The position numbers and the translations under genes were made by a program. Below are positions 29,901-38,830 of a stretch of DNA of 64,000 nucleotides, piece by piece. The DNA is from an uncultured Gemmataceae bacterium (GTDB taxonomy: Bacteria; Planctomycetota; Planctomycetia; Gemmatales; Gemmataceae), in assembly GCA_963750165.1 (NCBI GenBank), contig CAVVPN010000011.1:2272001-2336000 (forward strand), in the 5' to 3' direction. Below the pieces are notes generated by a model. It was not told the origin of the DNA and made no database searches. It saw only the letters and a program-made list of their open reading frames with translations. The stretch's first letter is position 1. The number at the start of each line of letters is the position of its first letter.

Positions 29901-32900
29901 CAGGTGCGGGCCGGCGTGCGCGACCAGCGTGGCCACCGTGTCCACGATGTCCGCGCCGATCTTCCACGGCTGCTCCTCGCCGCGGTCGTTGAACAGCTGC
30001 GTCACGAACTGCAGGAACGCCGCGGGGTCGGTGAAGCACTCCAGGGCGCGGGCGGCGGTCAGGCGGACGCGCGGCATGCGCGACGACAGCGACGCCAGGC
30101 AGCGCGTCGGCGTGCCCGCGTTCGCCTTCAGCTCCAGCATCATGAGGAGCAGCAGCGCCTGGTTGCAGAGGTGGGAGTCGGCGTCGTCGAGGAAGACGGT
30201 CAATTGGTCCTCACCGGCCGGCCCCAGCGTCAGGGCCGCGATCAGCCGTTCCTCCGGCCGGAAGACCGTCGCCGCCTGATCGACGAACACCCACGACGCC
30301 ACGTAGGGGTCGCCGGCGTAAGCGAGGCCGAGCGCCGCCAGGTATTTCACGTGATTGTCGTTGTGCTGCAGCGCCTGCCGCAGCGCCTCGGGGGCGTTGG
30401 CCGGCGATACCCAGATGAGCGCCCGCGCCGCCGCCTGGCGGACGTTGGCGTGCGTGCTGTCGAGCAACGGCAGCACGTCCGTCAACGCCGCGGGGTCGCC
30501 CAGCTCGGCCAGGCCGGCCAGCGCGTCCGCGACCAGCGCCGCCCATTCGCCCTGCCGCTCCTTCTCCTGCGGCTCCGGCCGTGTCGCCAGGCTCAGCAGC
30601 ACCGGCAGCGCCGCCCGGTCGCCGTGCTTCGCCAGCGCCTTCGCGGCGCTGAGGCGCACGTCATCGTGCGGACTCTGCAGCGCGTCGGTCAGGGCGGCGC
30701 GGGCGTCGTCGCTGACCAGCGACTGAATCGCGCGCTGCCGCACGACTTTTTCCTTATCGACCAGGGCGCGGACGAGGATCGCCTGCGCCGCCTTCGTGTG
30801 CTTCTTGACCAGGCCCTCCACCGCCGCCTTGCGGACATCGACGTACTGCGCGAGCAGGCCGACTTCCAGCGGCTCCAGCTCCTTCGTCTTCTTGACCGCG
30901 AACTGGAACGCCTCGTCGCGCAGCTTCGGGTCGGGGTCGTTGTAGAACTCCAGCAGCAGCGACCACGCCCACTGCTCGCCAACCTGGGCCATCACCTCGG
31001 TCAGCACCTCGCGGCGGACGTTGGCGTGGGCGCTCTGCAGCACGAAGCGCAGCGTGGCCACGCCGCCGCCGGCGATCTGTAAATTCAGCGCCGCCTTGAA
31101 CGCCTCGTTGCGGACGCTCTCGAAGCTGTCGTTGAGCGCCCGCACCAGCAGCTGCCAGGTCGGCGCCACGGCGTCCTTCGGTTTCGCCTTCTTCGCCTCG
31201 CTGACGAGCACCTGCAACCCGCGGCGGCGCACGTCTTCAAAAGCGGCGCTCAGGCCGGACTCGGCGACGGTTAGCGGCTGCTCGTCGTGCAGCGCCAGCA
31301 GGGCGGTGAACGCCGCGTCGCGCACCGCCGCCTCCTTGTCGTAGAGCAGCGAGCGCAGCCGCTTGACGGCGCGCTCGTCGTCCAGCGCCGCCAGCGCCCG
31401 GCAGACTTCCACGCGCGCCGCGGTGTCGTCCTCGCGGCTCAGCTGCAGCAGCAGCCCGAACGCGCGCGGGTCGCCAAGGACCGCCAGGCCACGGCCGCCC
31501 ATCAGGCACACGTCCAGCGCCCGGCTGGCGGTCGCCTGCAGCAGCGGGTTGTAATCCGCCTCATCGAGATTGGGCTTCTCCGCCGCGGGTTTCTGCGGCT
31601 TGCCCGCGACGGCCTTCACCTGGGCCGCGACCTTCTGCAGCGCCGGCTCGGCCTTCTCCGTCTTCTTGCCCTTCTTCTCCTTGCCCTCCGGCTCCGCTTC
31701 CTGGCCGAACGTCTCCAACTCGACCAGTTGCCGGTGCAGTTCCGGGTCGCGTGCCCGCAGCGCCGGCGGCAGCCGGTCGCGCGTACACAGCGAGATCAGA
31801 AAGGCGGTGCGGCGCACGTCGGCGTCGGCGTCCTCGGCCCGGCGGCGCAGTGCCGCCTGCACCTTCGCGTCCTGCAGCAGTTTCCGCTGAAACAGGCGGA
31901 TCAGCGTGAATTTCCGCAGGTCCGCGTGCTTGCTGTTCAGCGCGATCAGGTTCGCTTCCGCCGCGCCGCCGTGGACGCGCTCCAGGCTCGCCAGCGCCGC
32001 CCGCCGCACTTCCAGCGTCTTCGCGTCCAGCGTCTCGACCAACCGGGTCAGCGCCTGGTCGTCCTTCGCCGCCAGCTGCTCCAGCGCCGCAACCGCCAAC
32101 TTGCCGACATCCGGCTTGTCCGTCTTCAGAGCCAAATCGAGCGGCCGCAGGTCGCTGTCGCCGAGGTGCTTCCGCAGCCCCGTCAGCGCCGCGATGCGCA
32201 CCGCCTCGTCCGCGTGGTTGAGCCGCTTCTCCAGCGCCTTCGCCGCGCGCGGGTTGGCGGCGTCGCCGAGCAGCTGCGTCGCCAGCAGCCGCAACCCGTG
32301 GTCGCCGTCCTTGCCGATTTGCTCCGACAGCAGTTCGATGCCGGCATTGTCGTTGAAGCCTGCCAGCGCCCGGATGGCGGCCTCGCGGCGGCGCGACTCG
32401 GTTTGCTCGAATTCGTTCTTGACCCAGGCGAAGGCGTCGTACACCTTCGCGGTCGGGTCGCCGATCTTGCCGGCCGCGTCGATGATGAAGCAGCGCAGCG
32501 TGTTGTCGTCGCAGACGACGGCCAGCTGCGTCCGCGTGTGGACCTGCACCAGCGTCAGGCCCGTCACCTTGACGACGCCGTCCTTCAGCGTCGCGGGTTT
32601 GGCGGCGCCGACGCGCGGCCACGCCTTCACGGTTTTGTCGCGGCTGCCGGTGTAGAAGCGCTCGCCGCCGGGCGCCCAGATCATGGCCGTGATCGGTTCG
32701 GTGTGGTTGTTGCCGCGGCCGCGGTCCTCCGGCTCCAGCTTGCCGCGCGCGTGCGTGGATAGCAGTTTCTGGTCGGCACCCACCGAGAAGAAGCGCAGCT
32801 CCTCCTGCTCGAACAGCAGCGCCGTCACGGCTCCTTCGTGGATTTTCTCGGATTCGCTGATGAGGAACTCGGGTTTGCCCTCGCCGTCGAAGACGGTCAC

Positions 32901-33362
32901 GTGGCCCCGGGCGGTGCCCGCGACGAGCCACTGGCCGGTCGGGTCCGTCGCCAGCGCCGTGCCGGCGTCCGGCAGCGGCAGCGTCTGCACGGTCTTGCCG
33001 TCGCCGCGATTGACGATGACGACGGTGTTCTCGACCAGTGCCGCCAGCCGCTCCTGCGCCAGCAGCGCCAGCGCCACGGGCGCCGCGGCCAGCTGGGCGC
33101 CGATGGACTTCGGGGCGTTTTTGGCGGTGGCGTGGTAAATCCTGGCGTCGCTGCCGCCGACCCAGAGGTGCTCGCCGTCCGCGACGAGCGCGACGCCGCC
33201 GGCCGGCAGCAGGGCGGCGTCGAGGGTCTGCTTCTCGGCGTGCCAGCGGTACAGGGCGGTCGGCTGGCCCTCGGGGTGGACGGTGACGAAGGCCACCTGG
33301 TTGCCGACGCCGACGGCCGCCCGGATGTCGCCGCGGTACTGGGAATAGCGTTCCGTCGTCAT
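26958..33362 (-). CDS. Giant WD40-like beta-propeller + HEAT/ARM repeat protein (retron accessory)
   Basis: 2134 aa; N-terminal HEGAVTAL/HTEPITAM..TGSRDKTVKAW blades, then many HEAT-like repeats (D..VR..A..AL). Confidence 0.87.
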   Translation of the reverse strand: MTTERYSQYRGDIRAAVGVGNQVAFVTVHPEGQPTALYRWHAEKQTLDAALLPAGGVALVADGEHLWVGGSDARIYHATAKNAPKSIGAQLAAAPVALALLAQERLAALVENTVVIVNRGDGKTVQTLPLPDAGTALATDPTGQWLVAGTARGHVTVFDGEGKPEFLISESEKIHEGAVTALLFEQEELRFFSVGADQKLLSTHARGKLEPEDRGRGNNHTEPITAMIWAPGGERFYTGSRDKTVKAWPRVGAAKPATLKDGVVKVTGLTLVQVHTRTQLAVVCDDNTLRCFIIDAAGKIGDPTAKVYDAFAWVKNEFEQTESRRREAAIRALAGFNDNAGIELLSEQIGKDGDHGLRLLATQLLGDAANPRAAKALEKRLNHADEAVRIAALTGLRKHLGDSDLRPLDLALKTDKPDVGKLAVAALEQLAAKDDQALTRLVETLDAKTLEVRRAALASLERVHGGAAEANLIALNSKHADLRKFTLIRLFQRKLLQDAKVQAALRRRAEDADADVRRTAFLISLCTRDRLPPALRARDPELHRQLVELETFGQEAEPEGKEKKGKKTEKAEPALQKVAAQVKAVAGKPQKPAAEKPNLDEADYNPLLQATASRALDVCLMGGRGLAVLGDPRAFGLLLQLSREDDTAARVEVCRALAALDDERAVKRLRSLLYDKEAAVRDAAFTALLALHDEQPLTVAESGLSAAFEDVRRRGLQVLVSEAKKAKPKDAVAPTWQLLVRALNDSFESVRNEAFKAALNLQIAGGGVATLRFVLQSAHANVRREVLTEVMAQVGEQWAWSLLLEFYNDPDPKLRDEAFQFAVKKTKELEPLEVGLLAQYVDVRKAAVEGLVKKHTKAAQAILVRALVDKEKVVRQRAIQSLVSDDARAALTDALQSPHDDVRLSAAKALAKHGDRAALPVLLSLATRPEPQEKERQGEWAALVADALAGLAELGDPAALTDVLPLLDSTHANVRQAAARALIWVSPANAPEALRQALQHNDNHVKYLAALGLAYAGDPYVASWVFVDQAATVFRPEERLIAALTLGPAGEDQLTVFLDDADSHLCNQALLLLMMLELKANAGTPTRCLASLSSRMPRVRLTAARALECFTDPAAFLQFVTQLFNDRGEEQPWKIGADIVDTVATLVAHAGPHLKARTAALLQTLKEKEPHAWNAAWAAHTQRFAHEIATLRQQAQRPPASQYTPEQLQELAFGAYVGLVREQGSAAGRQERAALVIRVRQTALARILALAGADAHYARAAVPVFVQALGDPNQPVRFQAFEQLQTLKMDGTALGAEALEAGHTDLGIKGLELLGASAKGGQGDKVIEQVMLTRGDNLALEAAKLLVARQGQTPVAARALEAANDEVRKQAVLWLAAEYEKDPAAQAALRQALDSRYRPVRNRAALELAGKKDSAAYAALVSLLNTAPDAATQNQAIKALVTLGDPRTPDALLDRLENDPAGTAQVAELFQAVGRFRRPEVAPRLFGLFEKQPKWRKQAFEALQLVSGHDQPIEDYEDEKPDREWLEKQHPRRDALLAQLIDRCFTVGAGDLLTRLIPAARWALGQEVDSALAVVVAHPDERFRHSFVEAVGWRLRKRGGPAESLVKALAHKDPVTQFLAAEGLAKAGRNDGMNVLLASIDFLTDHPMRARALRALGELADVRSVDTLLRLANEEGHALQDVAAEAIGHLGRSDKADAIFKLLARLVKSDSVLAGSAVKGLRWLNTRDAWQLIREQTQDWATYAVYFAIEQLGYNNEPSTRDLLLKMLSESDDTMSVEAALTSARRLWGPDALEPDYALLRNPNEGNDYDEVLKRACERGEPAELFRLLASGIEFVHTAIANALINRTPPPLAEARAALTSQNAKTVQVAAHLLGRAGSAAKDAAKDVAAALDRWAAAWQERRRLVAKDNLPRDRQQLDQLTPCLTSLIWAAGRLGVAQDRLVALAAAGADDPLYRPIRLEAVTALADSKDAATLDVLEQAALGNDPEIRTVAADALGRNSPERAKKIAEKLLSDRVSFNRLLLRDGAAETDTLRAAVRQVHYQGVALPHLVAQADVDGLAAVAENPKLPEATRLGAVEGLAKIPQAAAEQKLLAVARNDKEEEELRKAAWRALRRLKRARQRLATAAGEVKTT

Positions 33363-33384
33363 AGAGCACCGATCGTATGATCAT

Positions 33385-33466
33385 GTGAGACGGCTCTGGA
33401 GAGCCGTCCTACATGATGTCGCACTCGCCTCGTATTCCGTAGGACGGCTCTCCAGAGCCGTCTCAC
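33385..33466. repeat. Inverted REP pair (REPIN-like) downstream of RAYT
   Basis: gtgagacggctctggagagccgtcctac (33385-33412) and its inverse gtaggacggctctccagagccgtctcac (33439-33466). Confidence 0.88.
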
Positions 33467-34299
33467 ACCTGCTTTGGCTCCTCGAATCGCCAGCCGAGAT
33501 CAACCCACTGCGGCCTGATCCACAACGGACAATTCTTTCTCAGTAAACCCGCCCTCTCTGGATTCGAGCCAATATACTGAAGCGCACGCCACAAGTGTTC
33601 TTCATCGCGGAGGATACGGTCGTAATTTTCCTCTTGCCACAGGTCACCCGAGGTTTGCAGCGTCCGGTTGATGCGACGCGCACTGTACTTCTTCCAACTA
33701 CCCAGAATCGCTTCGAGTGGGTGCTCAGTGGGAACTAAGGGTCGCACGATGACATGGGCGTGGTTGGGCATGACCACGTAAGAATCAAGCTCATACCGCT
33801 CGCCGTCGAAATGGTGCAATGCGGAGATCACCAAAGCAGCCAGGGCGGGTTGCTTCAGCACGCAACTGCCCATGCCCTGATCGAGCCATCGCTCAACCCG
33901 CTCGAAAACCGCACGCGCGCGGTTTTCCAATTCATCGGTTGACGGTGTGGCGCCGTGAGTGGCGTCACTTGTAGCACCGATCGTAGGACGGCTCTCCCGA
34001 GCCGTCTCGCCGCAGAGACGGCTCTCCCGAGCCGTCTCGCCGCAGAGACGGCTCTCCCGAGCCGTCCTACGATTCGCGTCGTGTGCCGCAGTGTTGTGCA
34101 GAGTGGTGCGTCGCTCCCATTCCACTTTCAGCTGTTCCAACTCGTCCAGTTTGCTCTGAGGTAGAGCGTCAGCCAGACGGAAGGTAACGAGGTAAGTAGC
34201 GCCCTCCTGACGCCAATGGGGCAGATGTCGATGGTACACCGTGACCGATTTGTCCGGATGGAGTCTTTGAAATCCTGGTGGTGGCGGCAAATTCCACAT
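33463..34299 (-). mobile_element. REP-associated tyrosine transposase (RAYT, Y1 HUH)
   Basis: HLPHW..TYLVTFRL, YVVMPNHAHVIV (HUH), WQEENYDRILR, YIGSNP; flanked by GTAG REPs; lower GC than neighbours. Confidence 0.9.
33983..34070. repeat. Three tandem REP units (30 bp period) inside the RAYT coding sequence
   Basis: (gacggctctcccgagccgtc)x3, translated in frame as TARESRLCGE repeats. Confidence 0.9.
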
Positions 34300-34349
34300 C
34301 CCTCACTCCTTGACGGTTTTCGCCATCATGAGATCATTCCCACTCCCCC

Positions 34350-34441
34350 GTAGGACGGCTCTGGAGAGCCGTCTCTTGAGAAGAAGACGGCTCTGGAGAG
34401 CCGTCTCTTGAGAAGAAGACGGCTCTGGAGAGCCGTCCTAC
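34350..34441. repeat. Three tandem REP units (32 bp period) upstream of RAYT
   Basis: (gacggctctggagagccgtc)x3 bounded by GTAG...CTAC. Confidence 0.9.
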
Positions 34442-37400
34442 GTTTTTTTCCCGTCAACACTGGACGGAAGCGGATCTTGCTTGCGTATCCGCGTCACCGC
34501 CACCAGGCACGCCGCTCGCTCACTCTGGCCGCGCGACTCCATGAACTCCACCAGCAACGGCAGCACCACCGCCGCGAAATCGCGCTCCTCCAGCGCCAGA
34601 TCGCGGATCACCTCCACCAGCGACAGTTTCGCCTTGCGCCGGCAGCGGCTTGACGCGCTGCATCAAACTCTCGCCGTCTTCCTTCGGCGCCGGCGGCAAC
34701 CGCGGCGGCGGAATCTCGAACAGCACCCGCCGCATGAACTCCTGCAACGCCTGGAAGCTCGCCGGCAACCGCGTCGGCCGCTCCGGTGCCCCAGTGCCCC
34801 GCTCCGGCACCGTATCGACCTTCTTCGGCTTCTTGCTCGTGCCGATGTCGGACTTCGGCGGCACATACGGCTTCCAACCCTCGGTGATGCCGCGGTCGCG
34901 GTACAGCGACCAGATGGAGCGGATCACAAACGCCCGCACGCGCCGATCCGGGCTCTCCGTCAAGCGGAACAACTCTTCCGGCACCTGCAACCGCGGGATG
35001 CGCCGGATAAGCTGCATACCCAGCGAGCGCGTCGATTCCTCCGGCGACTCGCAAAAACTGTAGACGGCGCTGGCGGTCAGCACCGCCGGATCGACGCGGT
35101 AACGGCGATGCTCCGGGGCGTCGTCCGCCAGCAGCGCGTTGGCGACGAACTGCCGCACGTCGCTGAACGGCACCTCGCACAACCGCACCAACTCCGGCAC
35201 CGGCGGCGCCCAGCGCGCGAACTCCCACTTGGCCAGTTCCAGCGCGAACTCGCGCAGCGGCTTGCGGGTCTCGCTGAACAGCGGCTTCACCAGGTCGAAC
35301 GTCAGGAACGCCGCCGGGATTTCCGCGCCCGGGTCCACCGGCCGGTCCGTCTCCGCCAGGGCGATGTCCGGGTGGTGCAGCTTCAGGTAGCGGCGGGCGA
35401 AGCGGCCCAGCGGCGCGTCGTCGGGGCCGGGCGCAGTCGCCAGTTGCCACAGCCGTTCGCAGCCGGCCAGCGTCGCGTCCGCCGAGAACGTCTGCTGCCG
35501 GCCCGCCAGCATCTGCAAAAACGCCGTCTCGGAGATGATCTTGATGTTGCCGCCGGATGCGTTGACCTCCTCCGCCTTGACCTGCTTGCTGCCCTTCTTG
35601 CCCTGGCCGTACAGCGGCGAACCCTCGTCACCAATGACGAGATAATGGAGCTTGTTTGTCACCGAACTGAAGATGACGCCATTGTTCTCGCGCACCTTCT
35701 TCTCGGCGTCCTTGCGGTCCATGGTCGCCATCTTGCCGGTGAAGACGAACGACGCGCCTTCCAGGTCAACCTTGACGGCACCCGCTTCCGCCGCGGCCGG
35801 GGCGGCGGCCGGCTGCTGCGGGGCAAAGTCGGCGGGCACGAACACCTTGCTCAGCGTCTCGACGGCGAAGTCATGGTAGCGCGGTTCGCTGCGCACCACC
35901 AGTTTCATCAGCCAGTCCTGACCGAGGTCGGCGGTCGTGAAGCGGCGCACGTCGCTGAGCCAGGCCAGCACCTTGTCGGCCAAATTCTCGTCAAACTTCA
36001 GATCCTTCGCCCAGGCCCGGTCGCTCGCCTTCAGCGCCGCCACCCACGGATCGGTCTCGAAATCGGGGTGAAACGCCACCGTCTTGAGGAACGGCGCCCC
36101 GAGCGTCTGGGCCTTGAGTCGGCCCTCGTCGATCCAGCGCATGACGTGCGCCCGGCCGCGCGGCATCAGCAGCAGGCGCTTCAAAAAGTCCGCGTCGAGC
36201 GTGTCCAGGTCGAAGCGGGCCAGCTCGCCGAGCGCGAAGTCGAGCACGCGATTCTCGGCGGCGTCGTTGGCCTGTTTGACGCGGTCGATGAGGCCGGTGA
36301 AGAAGGCAGCCCCGAGTTTTTCGCGCGGATGAATCTGCGGCAGCAACTTCTTCAGGAAGTCGAAGGCGGCGAAGTTCTGCGTGAACAGTCGATCCGCGAA
36401 CCACTCCGGCGTCAGTTCCTTGACGCCGAAACTCTTCTTGATGACGCCCGCCGCCAGGTCGTGGCCGTGCTGCGATTCCAGCAGCGTGCCCCACACGTCG
36501 AGGCCAACTTCCTTGCGCGGGTCGCGGGACAGCAGCAGGTCCGCGGCCAGCTTGCGCACGTTGGCGCTGGTGCTGTTCGCCAACCGCACCAGCTCCGTCA
36601 CGGGCAAATCCCGGGCGTGGGTGCGGGCGTAGTCGGCGGCGTACACCTGCGCCTCATTCGAGCCGGAGTCGAACAGCCGCAGCACCGCCTCGTGCAGCCC
36701 CAACGTGCGAAAACTGCCCTGCTCGAAGCGCGGCACGTTGTTCAGGATCCACACGACGAAACTGTCGATGGTCGGGCTGCCGACGTTGACCAGGCGCGCG
36801 ACCCACTCCGGCTCAACTTCACGTAGCAGAGCGCGGAAGTCCGTTTTCAAACTCTCGGTGGCGAACAGCCGCACCTGCTCGGATCGGGCCCGCTCCAGTA
36901 GCGAAAACAGCGGCCGCGGGCTGCGCTTCCACAGGTCCGCGAACGCCCGGTTTTTCAGCAGACTCGGCGGCTGCCGGTGATAGGTGAAGCGGCTGCGGTT
37001 GTACTTCTTCTCCTCGTGGTGAAAGATGTGGTTCGCCACCCAGGTGCGCAGCCAGTGCGTCTGATCGGTGTAATGGGCCAGCACATCGACGCAGGCGTCG
37101 GCGTAGGTCGCCGGCAGTGTCACGCCGGTGCGGCGCAGAAAACGCCAGGCCCGGCGGCACAGGTAGCCCAACGTGGCGATGCTGATCTGATACTGACCGC
37201 CGCCGTAGGCCATGTCGAAGCGCGCCGCCAGGGCGCCGTAGATTTCGGTGTCGCCGCGGCCCTCGGCCTCCTTGAAGATTTTCTTGAGGGCGCGCCAGGG
37301 GCCGTAGGTCAGCGGCACCGTGGCGATGATGCGCAGCAGGGCGGTGCGCGCGAACAGGCCGTTGTCCTGCCACAGCGCCAGCAGCACCTCGTGCAACCGC

Positions 37401-37672
37401 AACTTGTCGTCGAGCGGCACCTCGGCGTCGGGCGCTTCGAGGGCCTTCATGGTCTCGATGCGGTAGTGGGCCTGCTCGGCGTCGGGCCTGGCCTTGAAGG
37501 CGCGGGTTTGCAGCGTGGCGAGGAATTTGGCGAAGGTGAGGGCGCCTTTGCGCGGCGGCGTCTTCGGCGGCGGTGGCGGCTGCGCGGCGAGCAGATCGAC
37601 CAGCTGGACCACCTGTGGGTCGTGGGCTTCCCAGGCACGGCGAACGTCGTCGAGTTGCAGTTGCGTGGCCAC
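34438..37672 (-). CDS. ARM-like repeat + BRCT domain protein (first gene of retron operon); frameshift near 34638
   Basis: LigA-type BRCT LEGASFVFTGKM..V.SSVTNKLHYLVIG..GSK..KA..IISE. After KPLPA an alternate frame gives KAKLSLVEVIRDLAL...DGKKT, with TAG at 34438. GGAGG RBS before GTG 37672. Confidence 0.83.
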
Positions 37673-37703
37673 CGGTGGTTACCCTCCGCGGGCGCGGCTC
37701 GAG

Positions 37704-37778
37704 CCCGGCGAGCGGGGGGCGTGAACCCCCTGTTGGATCGCACACCAATACAGGGGGCTCACGTCCCCCGCTCGCCGG
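37704..37778. repeat. GGCGAGCGG-family REP palindrome between ncRNA array and first CDS
   Basis: ccggcgagcggggggcgtgaaccccctgt / acagggggctcacgtcccccgctcgccgg. Confidence 0.8.
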
Positions 37779-37846
37779 CATGACGACTCATAATCGGTCA
37801 GACACTTCTGGTTCGTCGTTGAACCAGCGCGGTTGGAGCGCCGGCC

Positions 37847-38108
37847 CGTTTTTCTCGGAGGTGAGACTACTTCTCCGCCTGGGTCACGGAAGGCTCACGG
37901 GCTCGCCGGAAGTATTCCTGCAGAGCATGCAGTGAAAACCGCGGCGGGCGTGGTTGTCCCAGACTCACTGCATGCTCTGCAGGAATACTTCCGAACAGCG
38001 AGCCTGAAACAGCCTTCCCTGAGACAAATCCCACACAAACCACTGGGGCGGCGCAACGCCGCCCTCGGTGCAAGGCACCAAGCTAGTCCTCCGCCTCCGA
38101 GAAAAACG
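37847..38108 (-). ncRNA. Retron msr-msd ncRNA, unit 1
   Basis: a1/a2 perfect 15 bp IR 37847-37861 / 38094-38108; inner gacta/tagtc; branch G at complement of 38083 (UAGC); two msr hairpins; perfect 29 bp msd stem 37907-37935 / 37965-37993. Confidence 0.88.
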
Positions 38109-38203
38109 AACCGGCAATCCTTGAACGTGGATGTGTTGCGGTCGGGCCTCCGGCCCGAGAGGAGCAAGCATGCAGCGAAAACACACCACCGGGCGATGTA
38201 ATC

Positions 38204-38478
38204 CCTTGAGGTTGCTCCGGGGAGGGCACTTACTTCCCCGCCTGGGTCACGGAAGGCTCACGGACCCGCGGCCCATCACGGAGATCACCGTGATGCCGGA
38301 ACCGCGGTTCGCGTGGTTGCTCCAGACCGGCGTCACGGTGATCTCCGTGATGGGCCAACGGCGGGTCTGAAACAGCCTTCCCTGAGATGGTTGACACAGA
38401 ACACGCCCGGGTGACGCAACATCACCCACGGTGCAGAGCACCGGGCTAAGTTCCCCGGCCCCGAAGCAACTCTCAAGG
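38204..38478 (-). ncRNA. Retron msr-msd ncRNA, unit 2
   Basis: a1/a2 ccttgaggttgctccgggg / ccccgaagcaactctcaagg; actta/taagt; branch G at 38446; msd stem 38270-38299 / 38327-38356 (29/30). Confidence 0.88.
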
Positions 38479-38486
38479 TTGGGTGT

Positions 38487-38515
38487 GTTGTAACCGACGC
38501 CGCGCGGCCGGGCAA
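38487..38515 (-). promoter_or_regulatory. Putative sigma70 promoter for ncRNA unit 2
   Basis: Minus strand TTGCCC-N17-TACAAC, ending ~8 nt before the a1 arm. Confidence 0.6.
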
Positions 38516-38529
38516 GGTGCGTAGCGGCG

Positions 38530-38569
38530 AAAAAAACGCGAGCCGCCAGGATTTTTCCAGGCGGCTCGC
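38530..38569 (-). terminator. Intrinsic terminator after ncRNA unit 3
   Basis: 10 bp stem gcgagccgcc / ggcggctcgc followed on the minus strand by U7 (a7 at 38530-38536). Confidence 0.7.
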
Positions 38570-38572
38570 AGG

Positions 38573-38823
38573 GTTTCCGGAGCGGGACTACTTCGATTCC
38601 TGGGTCACGGAAGGCTCTCTGGCTCGCCGACGCGCGTGCCCTGGCGCGCGCGCCGGTACCACGGTTGGCGTGGTTGATCCAGATCGGCGCGCGCGCCAGG
38701 GCACGCGCGTCGAACAGCGAGCCTGAAACAGCCTTCCCTGAGACGATCGGTCCAGCACACGCTCGGGCGACGCAACATCGCCCACGATGCAGAGCATCCA
38801 GCTAATCCGCCGCCTCCGAAAAC
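38573..38823 (-). ncRNA. Retron msr-msd ncRNA, unit 3
   Basis: a1/a2 gtttccggag..ggacta / taatcc..ctccgaaaac (G-U pairs on minus); branch G at 38802; msd stem 38628-38657 / 38683-38712 (29/30). Confidence 0.88.
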
Positions 38824-38830
38824 TGGGCGT

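Noticed and set aside
34350..34441. Mini-CRISPR interpretation of the tandem repeats near RAYT
   Set aside because: The intervening sequences are identical and short; these are GTAG-bounded REP tandems.
37847..38823. CRISPR array interpretation of the three repeats
   Set aside because: The period is ~360 bp, the variable part is a self-complementary hairpin, there are no cas genes, and retron a1/a2 and msr features explain it better.
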